Shown: positions 51,602-63,054, counted from the stretch's first letter. The stretch is DNA of 64,000 nt from Candidatus Bathyarchaeota archaeon (GCA_963717465.1 OY970340.1:288001-352000); one strand, 5' to 3'. Made by a program: numbers and translations. The notes: generated by a model from the letters alone, not told the origin.

Positions 51602-51905
51602 TCACTGCTGGCTTGCAGCTTCACTTTTAATTTTTAGCTAGTTGTTTTGCTATTTTTTGTATTATTTTTTCTTTTGCTTCTTTCTTTTCAACCAGCAGCA
51701 TTCCTGTTGTAGCCCAAGGTGTTCTGGGATAGTGAGCTTCAAGTTTCACCTCGCTTTTTAAGCCTAAGCGATCAGCCGCATCTTTAACTTCGGTGATTTT
51801 GGGTAATTGCACAGCCAAGTTTTTGGGTACTCGTCTTCCATTTTTTCTAGCTTTAGAGCTATCAAAGTATACGGGCCAAATTATTACTTTATCGAGTTTA
51901 CGCAT
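51602..51905 (-). CDS. srp19: Signal recognition particle protein SRP19 (C-terminal indel)
   Basis: IIWPVYFDS..GRRVPK..YPR. Confidence 0.92.
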
Positions 51906-51919
51906 TTTTTCACCTTAAA

Positions 51920-53670
51920 TTACTTGTGGGCGTAATAAGCCACCAATTTCTGATCAACTTCATCTACTTTGGCGAATCCGAACCGTTCAAACTGAATAAT
52001 AGTTTGCGGCTTTAAGTTTTTGCAGGCGCTCTCAGCATACCCTTCAACAATTGATGCATCAGGCATCACCACTTGGCAACTGAACGTTTGCTCGTGTGGT
52101 ATCCACTGTATAAGTTGCGGCTTAATTTTTCTAATTTCCTCATAAGACTCGCTTTCAAACAACGCCTCAACTATGCCGCTTTTTTCGCCCACTATTTTGA
52201 TGTTGAACAATTCCATAAGCCTAACTATTTTATCCTTCTCCATTGCTTGCGCGTCTTTTCTTGAAATCCAAAAACACACAAGCCCATCTTCTTGTTTCGG
52301 CGTTACAGTGTATTCTCTGAATCCTCGTTCAGCTGTTCAGGATGCAACGGCAATTTTGCGTGGAAAGCCTTTGGAACCTGCCTAACTTTTAATTCCACTG
52401 GCTCTGGAACAAAGAAGTATCTGTCGCTTGTGGCGTCAAGGATTTTGCGGTTGTAGGCATACAGGTTTTCCCAGCTTAATGTGACATCGTTTGTTTTTGG
52501 TCCAACGTCGATTATCATTTTTTTGATGGCTTCAGGTGTGATTCCGCGTTTGCGCAAAGCGGCAAAGGTGCCGAGTCGTGGGTCATCAAAGCCTTTGTAG
52601 ATGCCTTCATTTATACCTTGAATAATTTTTGATTTGCTCAGGAATGCCCCTGTTATTTTCAGTCTGCCATAATGAATTGCTTCAGGATACGTCCAACCGA
52701 GATACTGATACATGTATTTTTGCCGAACCATGTTCGTTAAATGTTCTTTACCTCGAATAATATGCGTCATGCCCATCAAATGATCGTCTAACCCAGCTGC
52801 CAAATTATAAAGAGGCCATAGAACGTATTTGCTTCCAACTCTTGGATGAGGATACTTTTTTGTGTCAATAATTCGCAGCGCAGGCCAATCTCTAACTGCA
52901 GGGTTTGGATGATTTAAATCAGTTTTGACTCTCACAACAGCTTGACCCTCAGAGTAACCGCCATTTAACATCTGTTTCCAACGTTCCAAATTCTCCGCAG
53001 AAGCTTTGTCTCGGCAGGGGCATGGTTGCATAGCTATCGTTTTTTTCCTAAACTCTTCTGAGGGGCAAACGCAAACGTAAGCGTTACCATCAGCAATTAG
53101 CTTTTCAGCGTACTCGTAATATATGGGCAATCGGTCACTTTGAATGTACTCTTCATCGATTTTGCAGCCAAGCCACTTCAAGTCTTGCCTGATGCTTTCA
53201 TAGAATTTCAATGATGGCTTCTTTACTTTTGGATCCGTATCTTCAAAGCGCAGAATAAATTTGCCATTGTACATGCGAGCGTACTCGTGGCTTAATATTA
53301 TGGCTCTTGCTGAACCTAAATGTAAGACGCAATCAGGGTTTGGAGAAAAGCGAGTAATCACCTGAGCGTATTTTTCAGCGTTTGGCAATGGTGGCAAACG
53401 TTTCTCTTCGACGTTTTCTTTCTTTTGAGTTTCAGGCCAGTTTTTCTCAATAATGCTTTTTTGCTCTGAAACCGATAGAGCATTGACTTCATTAACAACT
53501 GTTGCGATTACGCTGGATAACTCTTTTACTTTTGACCGGAGCTCCTGTTTTTCGCCTAAGATTTTGCCGACTATTGCTCCTGCCTGAGCCTTGCCGTCGT
53601 GTTGAACTGCATTTAGCAAGACGAGTTTTCGAATAAATTCTCTAAGTTCAGCGTCATTTTCAAGTGCCAA
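51920..53670 (-). CDS. gltX: Glutamyl-tRNA synthetase, archaeal type (frameshift near 52330)
   Basis: TRFSPNP..HLGS, RFEDTDP, IIRGKEH, LSKS, QFERFGF. Confidence 0.94.
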
Positions 53671-53686
53671 CTTTTGCGCCTACTGA

Positions 53687-54759
53687 TTACATGGTTCTTT
53701 TAATCAAGAATTCAGCGAATGCTTTTAATTTTTCCTTAGCTTGTGGAGTGGGCAAAAGTTTTTCCACTTCAATCCAGCTTTCTTTGACAATTCTTTCAGC
53801 TGCAAGTTTAGCATCTTCAATGGCGTTATATTTTTGAATCAAAGAGATGGCTTCATCTCGCAAAGCTTGATCCGAACTATGCATGTTAAGAATTTCGACT
53901 AAGTCGTTTCTTATCTGAACTACTGGCTTTTTTGAGTGCATAAAGGATTATTATGGTTCTTTTGCCTTCAGTGATATCCTGCCCGACTCCGCCCTTGTTC
54001 TTGGCAAATTCTTTCCCAGTTAAATCCAGAACATCATCTTGGATTTGAAACGCAACACCGAGGCTTTCAGCGAAACGTCCAAGTTTATCCGTTAACTCGC
54101 GAGTTCCGCCTGCTAAGACTGATGCCATTTTTGCTGCCATACGTGCTAGTGTGCCTGTTTTGTAAGCGCACATTTGAAGATAATCTTCTTCAGCATACTT
54201 CGTCTGCGTTAGCTATGCCTCTGTGCCAAGCTATGTCCATTGCTTGACCCATACTAAGGTTAATCATTTCTTGAACGTAAATCTCGTAAATATCACAAAG
54301 TACTTCTTTGGGCAATTTTACTGTTTTCTGCATCAGTGTTAAGAAAGGCAAATAGTACATTGCGTTGCCAACATTTACTGATATGTCTAAGCCGAAAATC
54401 TTGTATGTGCAAGGTTTTCCGCGGCGCAATTCTGAGGAGTCTTGTATATCATCAATTACGAGAGTGCCGTTGTGGACTACTTCTGGAATTATTGAAAAAT
54501 CGACCCAATAATCAGGATTTTTACCCAACGTTTCGCAAATCAGTAAGAAAAGCGCGGGGCGCCATCTTTTCCCACCTCTATCGAGCATGTCCCAGATTGG
54601 CGTTGCAATAGCTTTATTCAAGGGTTCCAAATTGTAACTGTACATTGGCGGATTAACCTCGAATAAAATCGCGTTTTTTGAGAATTCTCTGGGAAGGTAT
54701 TTTTCAATGGCTTTATCGATTAATGGTGCTTTCTCTTCAAGAAACTTTGCAACGTTCAA
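53687..54759 (-). CDS. idsA: Geranylgeranyl diphosphate/polyprenyl synthase (frameshifted)
   Basis: GGKRWRP, DDIQD, GQAMD, YKTG, FQIQDD, DITEGK. Confidence 0.9.
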
Positions 54760-54761
54760 TC

Positions 54762-55859
54762 TTATGCTCCTCGTTTCGCGTATTTCTCTACGTTGAAGCC
54801 TCTTGTTTTTAGCCACTCTGCTGTTTTTCCAGTAACTACAACTGGAGCCTTTGGCAGGGTGCTAATTTTTTGTGCTCCGACAAGAAACATGGAAGTTCGT
54901 AATTCCTCAATTAATTTTAACAGTTTAGCCTCAGTTTCTTTTAAACTTTTAACCGCAGTTTCAAGTATTGGCTGAGAGATACTTGCTAAGCAAGCGTTAA
55001 GCGCTAGAGCCTTAGCAACATCGATTCCGCTGCGCAGGCCACCTGAAGCAATAATCGGCAACTTTACCGTTTGCGCAGTCTCGACGAGGCTTACCGCAGT
55101 TGGCACTCCCCAATCCCAGAAGGCTTCGGCTAAATCATGCTGTACACTGTCTTGACTATTTGAACGGTAGTATTCAACTGCTGAAAAACTTGTTCCCCCA
55201 ACGCCGCTGACATCTATAGCTTTCACACCTGCAGTCTCAAGCGCTCTTGCAGTTTCAGCGGAAATACCCGCGCCTGTTTCTTTGACGATAACTGGCTTGT
55301 CAAGGTTCCCTGCGATTTCACTTATCTTTGACAGGACACTCTTGAATTCGGTTTGGCCTTCAGGTTGAACAGCTTCCTGCAACGCGTTCAAGTGCACAGC
55401 TAAAGCATCAGCATCGATCATTTCAATTATTTTCTTAACTTCCTTTAAGCCATAGCCGTGAGCAAATTGTACCCCGCCAATGTTGGCAATTAAGAAGGCA
55501 TTAGGCGCTTTTTTACGCGTTATGGAAAAAGTTTTTTTTAAGCTTTTGTCTTCAATTGCGGCTCTTTGGCTTCCAACACCCATGCCTAACCCCAAATGTT
55601 CTACTGCCTCAGCGATTGACGCGTTGATTTGAAGAGCCCGCTCAGTTCCACCTGTCATGGCACCGACGATTATAGGCGCTGACAATTTTTTACCCAAAAA
55701 AGACGTGGATAATTCAATGTCTTTTCGATTAATTTCTGGCAAGGCACGATGAATAAAATGAATATCTTCAAAACCGGTTGTTACTGTTTTAGCTTGGATG
55801 TTTTTTTCCAGAGATATTTTTATATGTTCATCTTTTCGTGTCCTCGTTGCCTGGACCAA
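54762..55859 (-). CDS. fni: Type 2 isopentenyl-diphosphate isomerase
   Basis: RKDEHI, AMTGG, GSQR, HLNALQE, KETGAG, GGTS. Confidence 0.96.
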   Translation of the reverse strand: MVQATRTRKDEHIKISLEKNIQAKTVTTGFEDIHFIHRALPEINRKDIELSTSFLGKKLSAPIIVGAMTGGTERALQINASIAEAVEHLGLGMGVGSQRAAIEDKSLKKTFSITRKKAPNAFLIANIGGVQFAHGYGLKEVKKIIEMIDADALAVHLNALQEAVQPEGQTEFKSVLSKISEIAGNLDKPVIVKETGAGISAETARALETAGVKAIDVSGVGGTSFSAVEYYRSNSQDSVQHDLAEAFWDWGVPTAVSLVETAQTVKLPIIASGGLRSGIDVAKALALNACLASISQPILETAVKSLKETEAKLLKLIEELRTSMFLVGAQKISTLPKAPVVVTGKTAEWLKTRGFNVEKYAKRGA

Positions 55860-55861
55860 TT

Positions 55862-56665
55862 TTACGCCTTCTCGATAACAGTGCCTAAAACGCTTTGGTC
55901 AGTTAATGCCCGGAAGATAGATAACGATTTTGTTGCACCTGTAATGGTTACTGGAATACCCTGCTCTACTGCTGGAATCAATTCAGCAATTTTGCCCTGC
56001 ATTCCGCCGGTAACGTCTTTTCCAGCAGCTTTACCCAGCTTGGGCTGAATTTTCTTTAACTCCTCTAAAGTTAAGTGCTTGTATGGTTTAGCGTTCGAGT
56101 TTTCTTTAGGATCTGCATCAAATAAGCCATCAGTATCAGCGCCAATAATAATTTTTGAAGCATTGTACCTAAGAGCCAGATAAGTTACCAGTTGGTCGCC
56201 GCTTAGTATCGTGAAGCCCAACTTGTAATCTAACACTGCGTCGCCGTAAAACACTGGGGTGAAAGTCATTTTCATCATGCTTTTCAAGACGGTTTCATCA
56301 AATGTCTTGACTTTGCCGTTCTCCGTGATGAAACATGATGATGGCGCGATGCTTATTGCTGGAATTTCATGCCAGATAAGAGCGTCCATGACTAAACCGT
56401 TAAGAACAGTCATCACGTGGTGGGTTTCTGCGAAGCCTAGTTTCTGCGTCGGGTCCTCTTTGTAGCCGTCTTTGATACCGTATTTCTGGGCTGTTGGATG
56501 ACCAAAACTTCCGCCGCCGTGCACAATTATCAAGTTATCTAGGTCTGCTCTTTTTATTTCTTCAGCTAAACGATTTATTATTTCGGTTTTAGCGGCTAAT
56601 TCTCCGCTTTTATCGGTGATTGCGGAGCCGCCGATTTTCAAGATTATTGGTTTTGCTTGGTTCAT
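55862..56665 (-). CDS. ipk: Isopentenyl phosphate kinase
   Basis: LKIGGSAIT, HGGGSFGH, SGD, DVTGGM. Confidence 0.94.
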   Translation of the reverse strand: MNQAKPIILKIGGSAITDKSGELAAKTEIINRLAEEIKRADLDNLIIVHGGGSFGHPTAQKYGIKDGYKEDPTQKLGFAETHHVMTVLNGLVMDALIWHEIPAISIAPSSCFITENGKVKTFDETVLKSMMKMTFTPVFYGDAVLDYKLGFTILSGDQLVTYLALRYNASKIIIGADTDGLFDADPKENSNAKPYKHLTLEELKKIQPKLGKAAGKDVTGGMQGKIAELIPAVEQGIPVTITGATKSLSIFRALTDQSVLGTVIEKA

Positions 56666-56706
56666 CCAGTATCACCCTACATTTACAATGTTCTGCTAGA
56701 TTAATT

Positions 56707-57093
56707 TTACAGTAGTGAGACTACTTCATTCTCAACTTTTACCCTATTGCCAGTCTTAATCTTGCTGGTTTCTATCTTATCGACACATGGAATTTCACTT
56801 ATTATTGCGCCAACAGCCACCACGGTTTCACATTCCTTGTTAATTATCGCAGCTGGAGCAGTTTTATTCTTTTTCATCCTATAAAGCGTATAGGAGCCGA
56901 CTGTGCTGCCTTTGCCGGTGGGAAACACCAATATTTTATCCTTAACGCTTATTCCTTGAAGTTCATGCCCCTTCTCAATCACAACACCTGAATTGGGATC
57001 TACGCCGCCGTAGAAGGATATGGGCATAGAAGTAACCAGTGCTTCGCCTTCGCTTTTTCCTTTTGAAATTAATCTTCCCTTTAACTGCTCCAT
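56707..57093 (-). CDS. Phosphomevalonate dehydratase small subunit (AcnX swiveling domain)
   Basis: ISFYGGVDP, GKGSTVGS; operon context. Confidence 0.88.
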   Translation of the reverse strand: MEQLKGRLISKGKSEGEALVTSMPISFYGGVDPNSGVVIEKGHELQGISVKDKILVFPTGKGSTVGSYTLYRMKKNKTAPAAIINKECETVVAVGAIISEIPCVDKIETSKIKTGNRVKVENEVVSLL

Positions 57094-58280
57094 TTTCCAG
57101 TCACCGCTGATTGGACGCATTCCTCCATGCTGCCCATTTTTGTTTTCATAGCGTTCTGCCGTGAGTAAAAGCAGCCTTTAGCCGAAGTAGTTGCTAACGA
57201 TTTGAACCTGCCTTTCAGTGGAGCCACAGCCATGCAGGTATCACAAGCAAATTTTCCTCCTGCCGCTTCAATTACTTTTGTGTAACCGCGTTTATCAGCA
57301 AGCTGCTTGGCGGTTCTTGAAGTAGCAACCCAAAACTCTGTGCCCCTGGCAACTTTCTTGCCTGCTAACAAATCGGCGATCTGCTCAATTTCTTTTATTG
57401 AACAATGAGGGCACCCGACACAGACCAACTCAATTTCAGACACTTCATCATTGATATTGGCATAAGCATCTTTAATGTCAGAAGATTCCACTAGGACTTT
57501 TTCTTTTGGTTCAGATTGTAATTCAGCTGCAGGCGTTATGCCTTTAATGTAGAAAAGCGGTTTAGCACCATAAGTCACAACTGAAGCACAAAAAGACTTA
57601 AGCTCATCAAGTTCCGCAGACTTTATGCCAGTTATATAGGGAATCTTGTTCTCAGCTTTTTTCCCAATAGCATATCCCAGTGCACCCCAGTCAGATAACT
57701 TTGTTAATTCTGTTTTGACTTGCACATGAACGTCGGGAACTCGGTTCTCGTCTAAGTGCAGACCGTAACAGGGCGTTTTGCCGACAAATGCGGCTGCCAA
57801 CGCGGATGGACCGCCTTCACGGTTAGTTTTTGCGCCCAGAACTGAGTTTGCGAAGGTTACTGCGCTGCTTTCTGACCATGCAACATGTTCACCGTAAAGT
57901 GGCAGGTTGCCGATTAGGTATGGTGTGCATGTGCAGCTGATTAGTATGCCCATTTTTTGGAAGGCTTCGATTACAAGGTTTTGTTTTTCAGCGAACTCGG
58001 GGCTTATGCCTAATTCACGCCAGTTCTCTAAATCCATGCCTGCTGGGTTTAGGGTTGTTAATACTTTGACTTTGCCGTCAGCAGCTAACTCGTTTAAAAA
58101 TTCTAATCCTGCGTCGCCAAGGTTGTGGTAGGAGACGCCGGCAACTTGTACACTGCCAACTTTGATTAGGCTTTCAGCACCGTAAATGTCGCCTAATGCA
58201 ACTAGAATTTCCATGCTTTTACGTACTGCATAGCCTTGTTTGCCTTTGAGCATTTCTTGTTCTTGCTTAGTTAGGTGCAT
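57081..58280 (-). CDS. Phosphomevalonate dehydratase large subunit (aconitase X)
   Basis: CTCTPY, WSESSA, GCPHCS, DTC; operon context. Confidence 0.9.
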   Translation of the reverse strand: MHLTKQEQEMLKGKQGYAVRKSMEILVALGDIYGAESLIKVGSVQVAGVSYHNLGDAGLEFLNELAADGKVKVLTTLNPAGMDLENWRELGISPEFAEKQNLVIEAFQKMGILISCTCTPYLIGNLPLYGEHVAWSESSAVTFANSVLGAKTNREGGPSALAAAFVGKTPCYGLHLDENRVPDVHVQVKTELTKLSDWGALGYAIGKKAENKIPYITGIKSAELDELKSFCASVVTYGAKPLFYIKGITPAAELQSEPKEKVLVESSDIKDAYANINDEVSEIELVCVGCPHCSIKEIEQIADLLAGKKVARGTEFWVATSRTAKQLADKRGYTKVIEAAGGKFACDTCMAVAPLKGRFKSLATTSAKGCFYSRQNAMKTKMGSMEECVQSAVTGKWSS

Positions 58281-58287
58281 AATGTGG

Positions 58288-59598
58288 TCACAGGTACTTG
58301 TTTAAGTCAACTTTTCGGTACGTTTCCTTGCCGAACCCCTTTTCTGTTTTCCCGAATGGAACTGTAGCGTCTAAACCTGCTTTGGCAGTGGTGGCTTTTT
58401 TGCCCTCTGTTAAATCTCCTGACGGGTCAAGCGAGGATCCACCCTGGTTAGAAAGGATAACAGAATTTTTGTCCGCTTGGAACCTTGTGGCAATTGCCCA
58501 TTCAACGTCGTGAGGGTCATAAATGTTTATATCTTCATCCACTACCACGCAGTGTTTCAGGGACTTGTGGCCTTCAAAAGCTGCAGCAATCGCTTTTTTG
58601 CCGTCATCAGCATTCTGCTTCTTTATTTGCACTACAGCATGTAGCCAACTGCATCCGCCAGGCGTGATGTAGACGTCTTTGCATTGGCAGACCTTGTTAA
58701 CCTCGTTGAATATGGTTGGTTCCTTAGGCATACCCATAAGAAACTTATGTTCGTTTCTTCCCGCCAAAATAGTTTGGTAAATCGGGTTCTTGCGGTGGGT
58801 CATGCATTTGATTTCTATGATTGGCTGTTGTCTAACACGGTCTTCGATGCCTGTGAGGTCTAAAAAGGGTCCTTCAGAAACTTTTTCTTTGGTTATTCTT
58901 CCTTCCAGAATAATTTCTGAATCTTTTGGAACTTCAAGATCGATTTTTTTGCATTTTACTAGGTCGGTTTTTTCTAGCGCGTTTGCCATGCCAAGCTCAT
59001 CAACACCATTAGGCAAGGTGGTAGCGGCTGCGAGAAGAATAGCGGTTGAGTTGCCAATGCAAATGGCAATGTCGAGTTCTCCTCCGGCCTTTTTGAGTGC
59101 GCTGTCTGTTCCGCGGTTTTCCACTATGCGTGCCACAAAATGATTCTTATCCAGGAGCATTAAGCGGTGGAAGCACATGTTTCGGCTTTTGAACTCAGGA
59201 TCCTTTATGATGGAGACGGCTGAGGCAATGTATTTTCCCCCATCCTTCTCCGTATACTTCATTATCGGGAGCTTGGTTAAATCAACATTTGACTCGACTA
59301 CTTCTTGGCACTCGCCAGTCTTCTCCACTTGCGGCGGCTTCGGATGCTCAATCGCGCTCGATAACTTGGGCAGCAACAGGTCCTTTTTTGCGCCTAAGGC
59401 TTGAGCTATCAATTCTTTAGAAGATATGAGCCCCGCAACGACGGGAATGTTGGATTCCTTGATTTTTTCGAAAAACACGGGTTTCTCGCCTAACGCCTCA
59501 ACGATACCCGCCAATTCGAACTCTGCTGAAACTGGTTTACGTATCCTTGTTAATTCGCCCTTCTTGTCCAGTGCATTAATAAAGCTTCTAAAACCCAT
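58288..59598 (-). CDS. UbiD-family decarboxylase (probable anhydromevalonate phosphate decarboxylase)
   Basis: EGPFLD, VVVDEDI, WAIATR, DPS; lies between mvk and acnX. Confidence 0.88.
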   Translation of the reverse strand: MGFRSFINALDKKGELTRIRKPVSAEFELAGIVEALGEKPVFFEKIKESNIPVVAGLISSKELIAQALGAKKDLLLPKLSSAIEHPKPPQVEKTGECQEVVESNVDLTKLPIMKYTEKDGGKYIASAVSIIKDPEFKSRNMCFHRLMLLDKNHFVARIVENRGTDSALKKAGGELDIAICIGNSTAILLAAATTLPNGVDELGMANALEKTDLVKCKKIDLEVPKDSEIILEGRITKEKVSEGPFLDLTGIEDRVRQQPIIEIKCMTHRKNPIYQTILAGRNEHKFLMGMPKEPTIFNEVNKVCQCKDVYITPGGCSWLHAVVQIKKQNADDGKKAIAAAFEGHKSLKHCVVVDEDINIYDPHDVEWAIATRFQADKNSVILSNQGGSSLDPSGDLTEGKKATTAKAGLDATVPFGKTEKGFGKETYRKVDLNKYL

Positions 59599-59639
59599 AA
59601 GCGAACTCAACCTACATGGCTTAATCATTTTCTAAACGT

Positions 59640-60584
59640 TTATAGTTTTTCGACGCCGATCTTTGTCCGCAGCACTTCAAAGCCTAACTTCTGAATGGCG
59701 CTTGCAACTTTATCCTGCAAATCTTTCCCAGGAGTCAGGGCAGTCATGCATCCACCGCCCCCTCCGCCTGTAAGTTTAGCTCCAAGGGCGCCTTCTTTAC
59801 GGGCAACATCCACCAGCAAGTCAAGTTCTTTGCTTGAAACCTCAATCTCTTGCAGTAACCGATGATTCTCATTCATGATTGCGCCGACTTTTTTTAAGTC
59901 GTATTCTTCTAAAGCTTTCCGTCCAGCGTACGCTAACTCTTCAGCTCGCTTGAAGAGGGGGTTGTATCTTTGCGGGTTATTCTTTTTGCGTTCGGCGACA
60001 CCTTCAACCATGACTTTAGTGTTCGCCACTTTACCTGTGCTACCGATGATGATTTCGATAGGTTCACGAATACCAAGATGCTCAACGTCATCTGGTCCAC
60101 CAGCCGTGTTCTTCATAAACCAGAGTAAGCCGCCGTATGTTGCCGCAGTGTTATCTATGCCTGAAGGGTTTCCAGCATAGGCTTTCTCGGCTTCATAAGC
60201 AATTTGATTAATTTCATCATCTGAGACCTTCATGTCTAACTCTTGGGCGATAGCTCTTGCGATAGCCACGCTACTTGCTGCTGAAGCACCAAGCCCACTA
60301 AAGCCTGGAAGACTACCTCCAATCCAAATACTTAAAGAAATTTTTGGGTCAAACCCCATAGATTTAAGCATACGCTGTATGGATTCAATTTGTTGAAGAC
60401 GCTTTTCTTCAGCATAACCTTTGCTGGCTAACCGTTCATCCTTAATTTTTAAGCCCCCACTTGAAGCCTTAGTGACAATAGCGTCTGTTGTTGAGTCAAT
60501 AGCTGAAACAACGCCTGGAACACCATGAACCACAAAATGTTCCCCGAACAAAATTACTTTTCCATACCCTGAACCTTTACCCAT
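59640..60584 (-). CDS. mvk: Mevalonate kinase
   Basis: GKVILFGEH, GLGASAA, PSGID, KLTGGGGGG. Confidence 0.95.
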   Translation of the reverse strand: MGKGSGYGKVILFGEHFVVHGVPGVVSAIDSTTDAIVTKASSGGLKIKDERLASKGYAEEKRLQQIESIQRMLKSMGFDPKISLSIWIGGSLPGFSGLGASAASSVAIARAIAQELDMKVSDDEINQIAYEAEKAYAGNPSGIDNTAATYGGLLWFMKNTAGGPDDVEHLGIREPIEIIIGSTGKVANTKVMVEGVAERKKNNPQRYNPLFKRAEELAYAGRKALEEYDLKKVGAIMNENHRLLQEIEVSSKELDLLVDVARKEGALGAKLTGGGGGGCMTALTPGKDLQDKVASAIQKLGFEVLRTKIGVEKL

Positions 60585-60913
60585 GCAGTTTATCCCTAAA
60601 GGGCATTGTATTGGCTCTTTGAGATAAAAGTTTTCGCAAATTTCGCCCTTTTCTCACATTTTCTCGCCAGTTTTGACAAAGCAGTCAGTACCAATGCGCT
60701 TAGTTGGTTGTTAAGCAATATAGATAATGAAGTCAAAGAAAAAGATAGAATTGAACAGATTAAGCAATAATTACTAAGTGATGAAGCTATTGGCGATGCA
60801 TTTGTTTATAATATTACTTTAGTTCAGTCATCAGACAGGCTCAAACAAATCCTACTTCATCGCACAAAATAAAGACAAACAAAAAAAGAAATAAGAAGAA
60901 ATAATTAAAAGTC

Positions 60914-61528
60914 TTATAACGTGCTAACTGAATGTAGAAGTGAAGACTGACTAATGTTTTTTCCTTGTCTAGGCGAGAACGACCGAGTCTCAGGCGGTAG
61001 AATCAGCGATTCTATTCTTTTAAACGAGAACGGTTTGAGAACGAATCCTGTCTTACCTAAGACGGCAATGAAATTCTGAAAACGCAGAGGAGCATGATAT
61101 CGTATTCGTTCTTCTGTCACCTTTTTGAAGAATGCTATGTAGTCTTCATAACTTTTGTGAACAGAGATCATGATGAAGTCTGAATCTAAACCTTGTCCTT
61201 CCAACTCGCAAAGTACTTCGGGTTGTTCATTTAGCCATTTCCGAATATTTGATAATTCTTCTGATGACAGCAAGTAATTAGCTATTGAGCTAAAAGAGAA
61301 TGCGATAATTTGGATTCCAATTTTAGCTAAGTTAGGAATCGCTGTGTATTCGCTTATGTAACCTTCCTTTTCCAACTCTTGCCTTCTCCGAGTTGTTGTT
61401 GTTTGAGACATACCCAAAATCTTGGATAGTTCCTTGTCGCTTGTTCTTGACTCATTAATCAAAGCGAACAAAAGCTTTATTTTTTCTTTATTTTTCCTTA
61501 CCTCGTACTTGGCGCGTGTTTCTTGCAT
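60914..61528 (-). CDS. Lrp/AsnC-family transcription regulator (with HTH)
   Basis: SRTSDKELSKILGMSQTTTTRRRQELEKEGYI..IPNLAKIG. Confidence 0.87.
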   Translation of the reverse strand: MQETRAKYEVRKNKEKIKLLFALINESRTSDKELSKILGMSQTTTTRRRQELEKEGYISEYTAIPNLAKIGIQIIAFSFSSIANYLLSSEELSNIRKWLNEQPEVLCELEGQGLDSDFIMISVHKSYEDYIAFFKKVTEERIRYHAPLRFQNFIAVLGKTGFVLKPFSFKRIESLILPPETRSFSPRQGKNISQSSLLHSVSTL

Positions 61529-61794
61529 TTAGAATACCCCAGTTTAGGGTTATTTCTTCTTAGTTTTAAGTTTTGCTTGAAGACACCAAGAACAGCATTG
61601 CGTCTGGCGTCTTCTATTCCAGCAATAAAGGGTATGCGACTTATTCATTTCACAAAGCGCTGTTCATCTGGTGACAAGAGTAATATGTAATTACCCCAGA
61701 GTAAGAAACAGCGCTTAAAATAGCGCGTCCTATAAGGGTAGCGTGCTCTCTTTGACTACCCGACATGGGATTTAAAATGGAGGTACTATAGAAG

Positions 61795-62571
61795 ATGGGA
61801 ACATTAGATAACAAGGTTGCTCTAATCACCGGAGCAGCCAGAGGGCTCGGGCGAGCAATGGCCCAGAAATTCGCCAAGGAAGGAGCCCGAGTCGTTGTCG
61901 TCGATATTAGCCGAGATGGCGGTGAGGAAACCGTCAAGCTTATCAAAGATGCTGGAGGCGACGCAATATTTGCGACAGCCGACGTATCGAATATGTCAGA
62001 GGTACAAGCCATGGTGCGCACAGCAGTTGACACATTCGGTGGTCTTGATTGTGCTGTAAACAATGCAGTAATTGACGTAGGTCCGCATCCCGTCGCGGAG
62101 ATACCTGAAGAGGACTGGAACAGATCTATGGCGGTAAATCTTACTGGCGTGTTCCTTTGCATGAAATACGAGATATCTGCGATGCTCAAGCGGGGAGGTG
62201 GGTCGATCGTTAATGTGGGTTCCGGCCCAGGTAACCTCGGTGCTCCTGGGGTAGGCTGGTACCTCGCTGCTAAAAACGGCGTAATTGGACTCACAAAGAC
62301 CGCCGCCCTCGAATATGGTCCGCGTGGGATCAGAATAAACATGCTAGGTCCAGGGACAATGTGGACTCCAGCGCTACGGGAAGTGGCAAAAAAGAGCCCG
62401 CAACACTTCGAGGTCATGAAGAATATGGTCCCTGTCGGGCGCCTTGCGGAACCCGAGGAAGTGGCTGAAGCGGCTGTGTGGTTATGTACACCCGCAGCAT
62501 CATATGTTATCGGACACACGCTCGTCGTTGATGGGGGAGCAACTGCTGGAATAATGGGGTATAAGCATTGA
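61795..62571 (+). CDS. Short-chain dehydrogenase/reductase
   Basis: TGAARGLG, NNA, YLAAK, VDGG. Confidence 0.93.
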   Translation: MGTLDNKVALITGAARGLGRAMAQKFAKEGARVVVVDISRDGGEETVKLIKDAGGDAIFATADVSNMSEVQAMVRTAVDTFGGLDCAVNNAVIDVGPHPVAEIPEEDWNRSMAVNLTGVFLCMKYEISAMLKRGGGSIVNVGSGPGNLGAPGVGWYLAAKNGVIGLTKTAALEYGPRGIRINMLGPGTMWTPALREVAKKSPQHFEVMKNMVPVGRLAEPEEVAEAAVWLCTPAASYVIGHTLVVDGGATAGIMGYKH

Positions 62572-62631
62572 CAGTTGTCTTTTTTCTGTTATATCTAAAC
62601 GGCTTAGCACTGTGCTAACTGGTGATTCGTA

Positions 62632-63054
62632 ATGTCAGAATTCAAAAAAATGAAGGCGAGTGCGCTTCGCGGCGTTGAGGCGTTCAACAATGGATATGAT
62701 GCTTGGTCTGCCAACGCTGACAAATCGTACGATCCTGACTGCGTTTATCACTCAGGTCTATTTGAAGCACATGGTATGGAGGATATCAAACAAATGACTG
62801 CTGCATACATGAAGGCGTTTCCAGACATTCATCTCAAAGTGGAGGAGTGTGTCGCTGAAGGAAACGCGGTAGTGCTACGTTACACGGTTACCGGCACTTT
62901 CAAAGGTGAATTTATGGGTATGCCACCTACCAATGAGAAGATAACATATCCGATGATGGAGGTCGGCCACTATGTTAAAGGCAAGGTCATAGAAGGTTGG
63001 GGAGTGGTCGACATGACCTTATTGTTGCAGATTGGCGCGAAGTTGGAAAAATGA
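62632..63054 (+). CDS. SnoaL-like ester/polyketide cyclase family protein
   Basis: AFPDIH, AEG..V, GTFKGEFMGMPPT. Confidence 0.87.
   Translation: MSEFKKMKASALRGVEAFNNGYDAWSANADKSYDPDCVYHSGLFEAHGMEDIKQMTAAYMKAFPDIHLKVEECVAEGNAVVLRYTVTGTFKGEFMGMPPTNEKITYPMMEVGHYVKGKVIEGWGVVDMTLLLQIGAKLEK

Noticed and set aside
1..54816. Frameshifts in metG, smc, scpB, srp19, gltX, idsA, hydrolase, methyltransferase and kinase as pseudogenes or programmed frameshifting
   Set aside because: They hit essential genes and many fall in or near homopolymers; assembly indels are the simplest explanation
61650..62519. 289-aa minus-strand ORF
   Set aside because: Antisense shadow of the SDR gene
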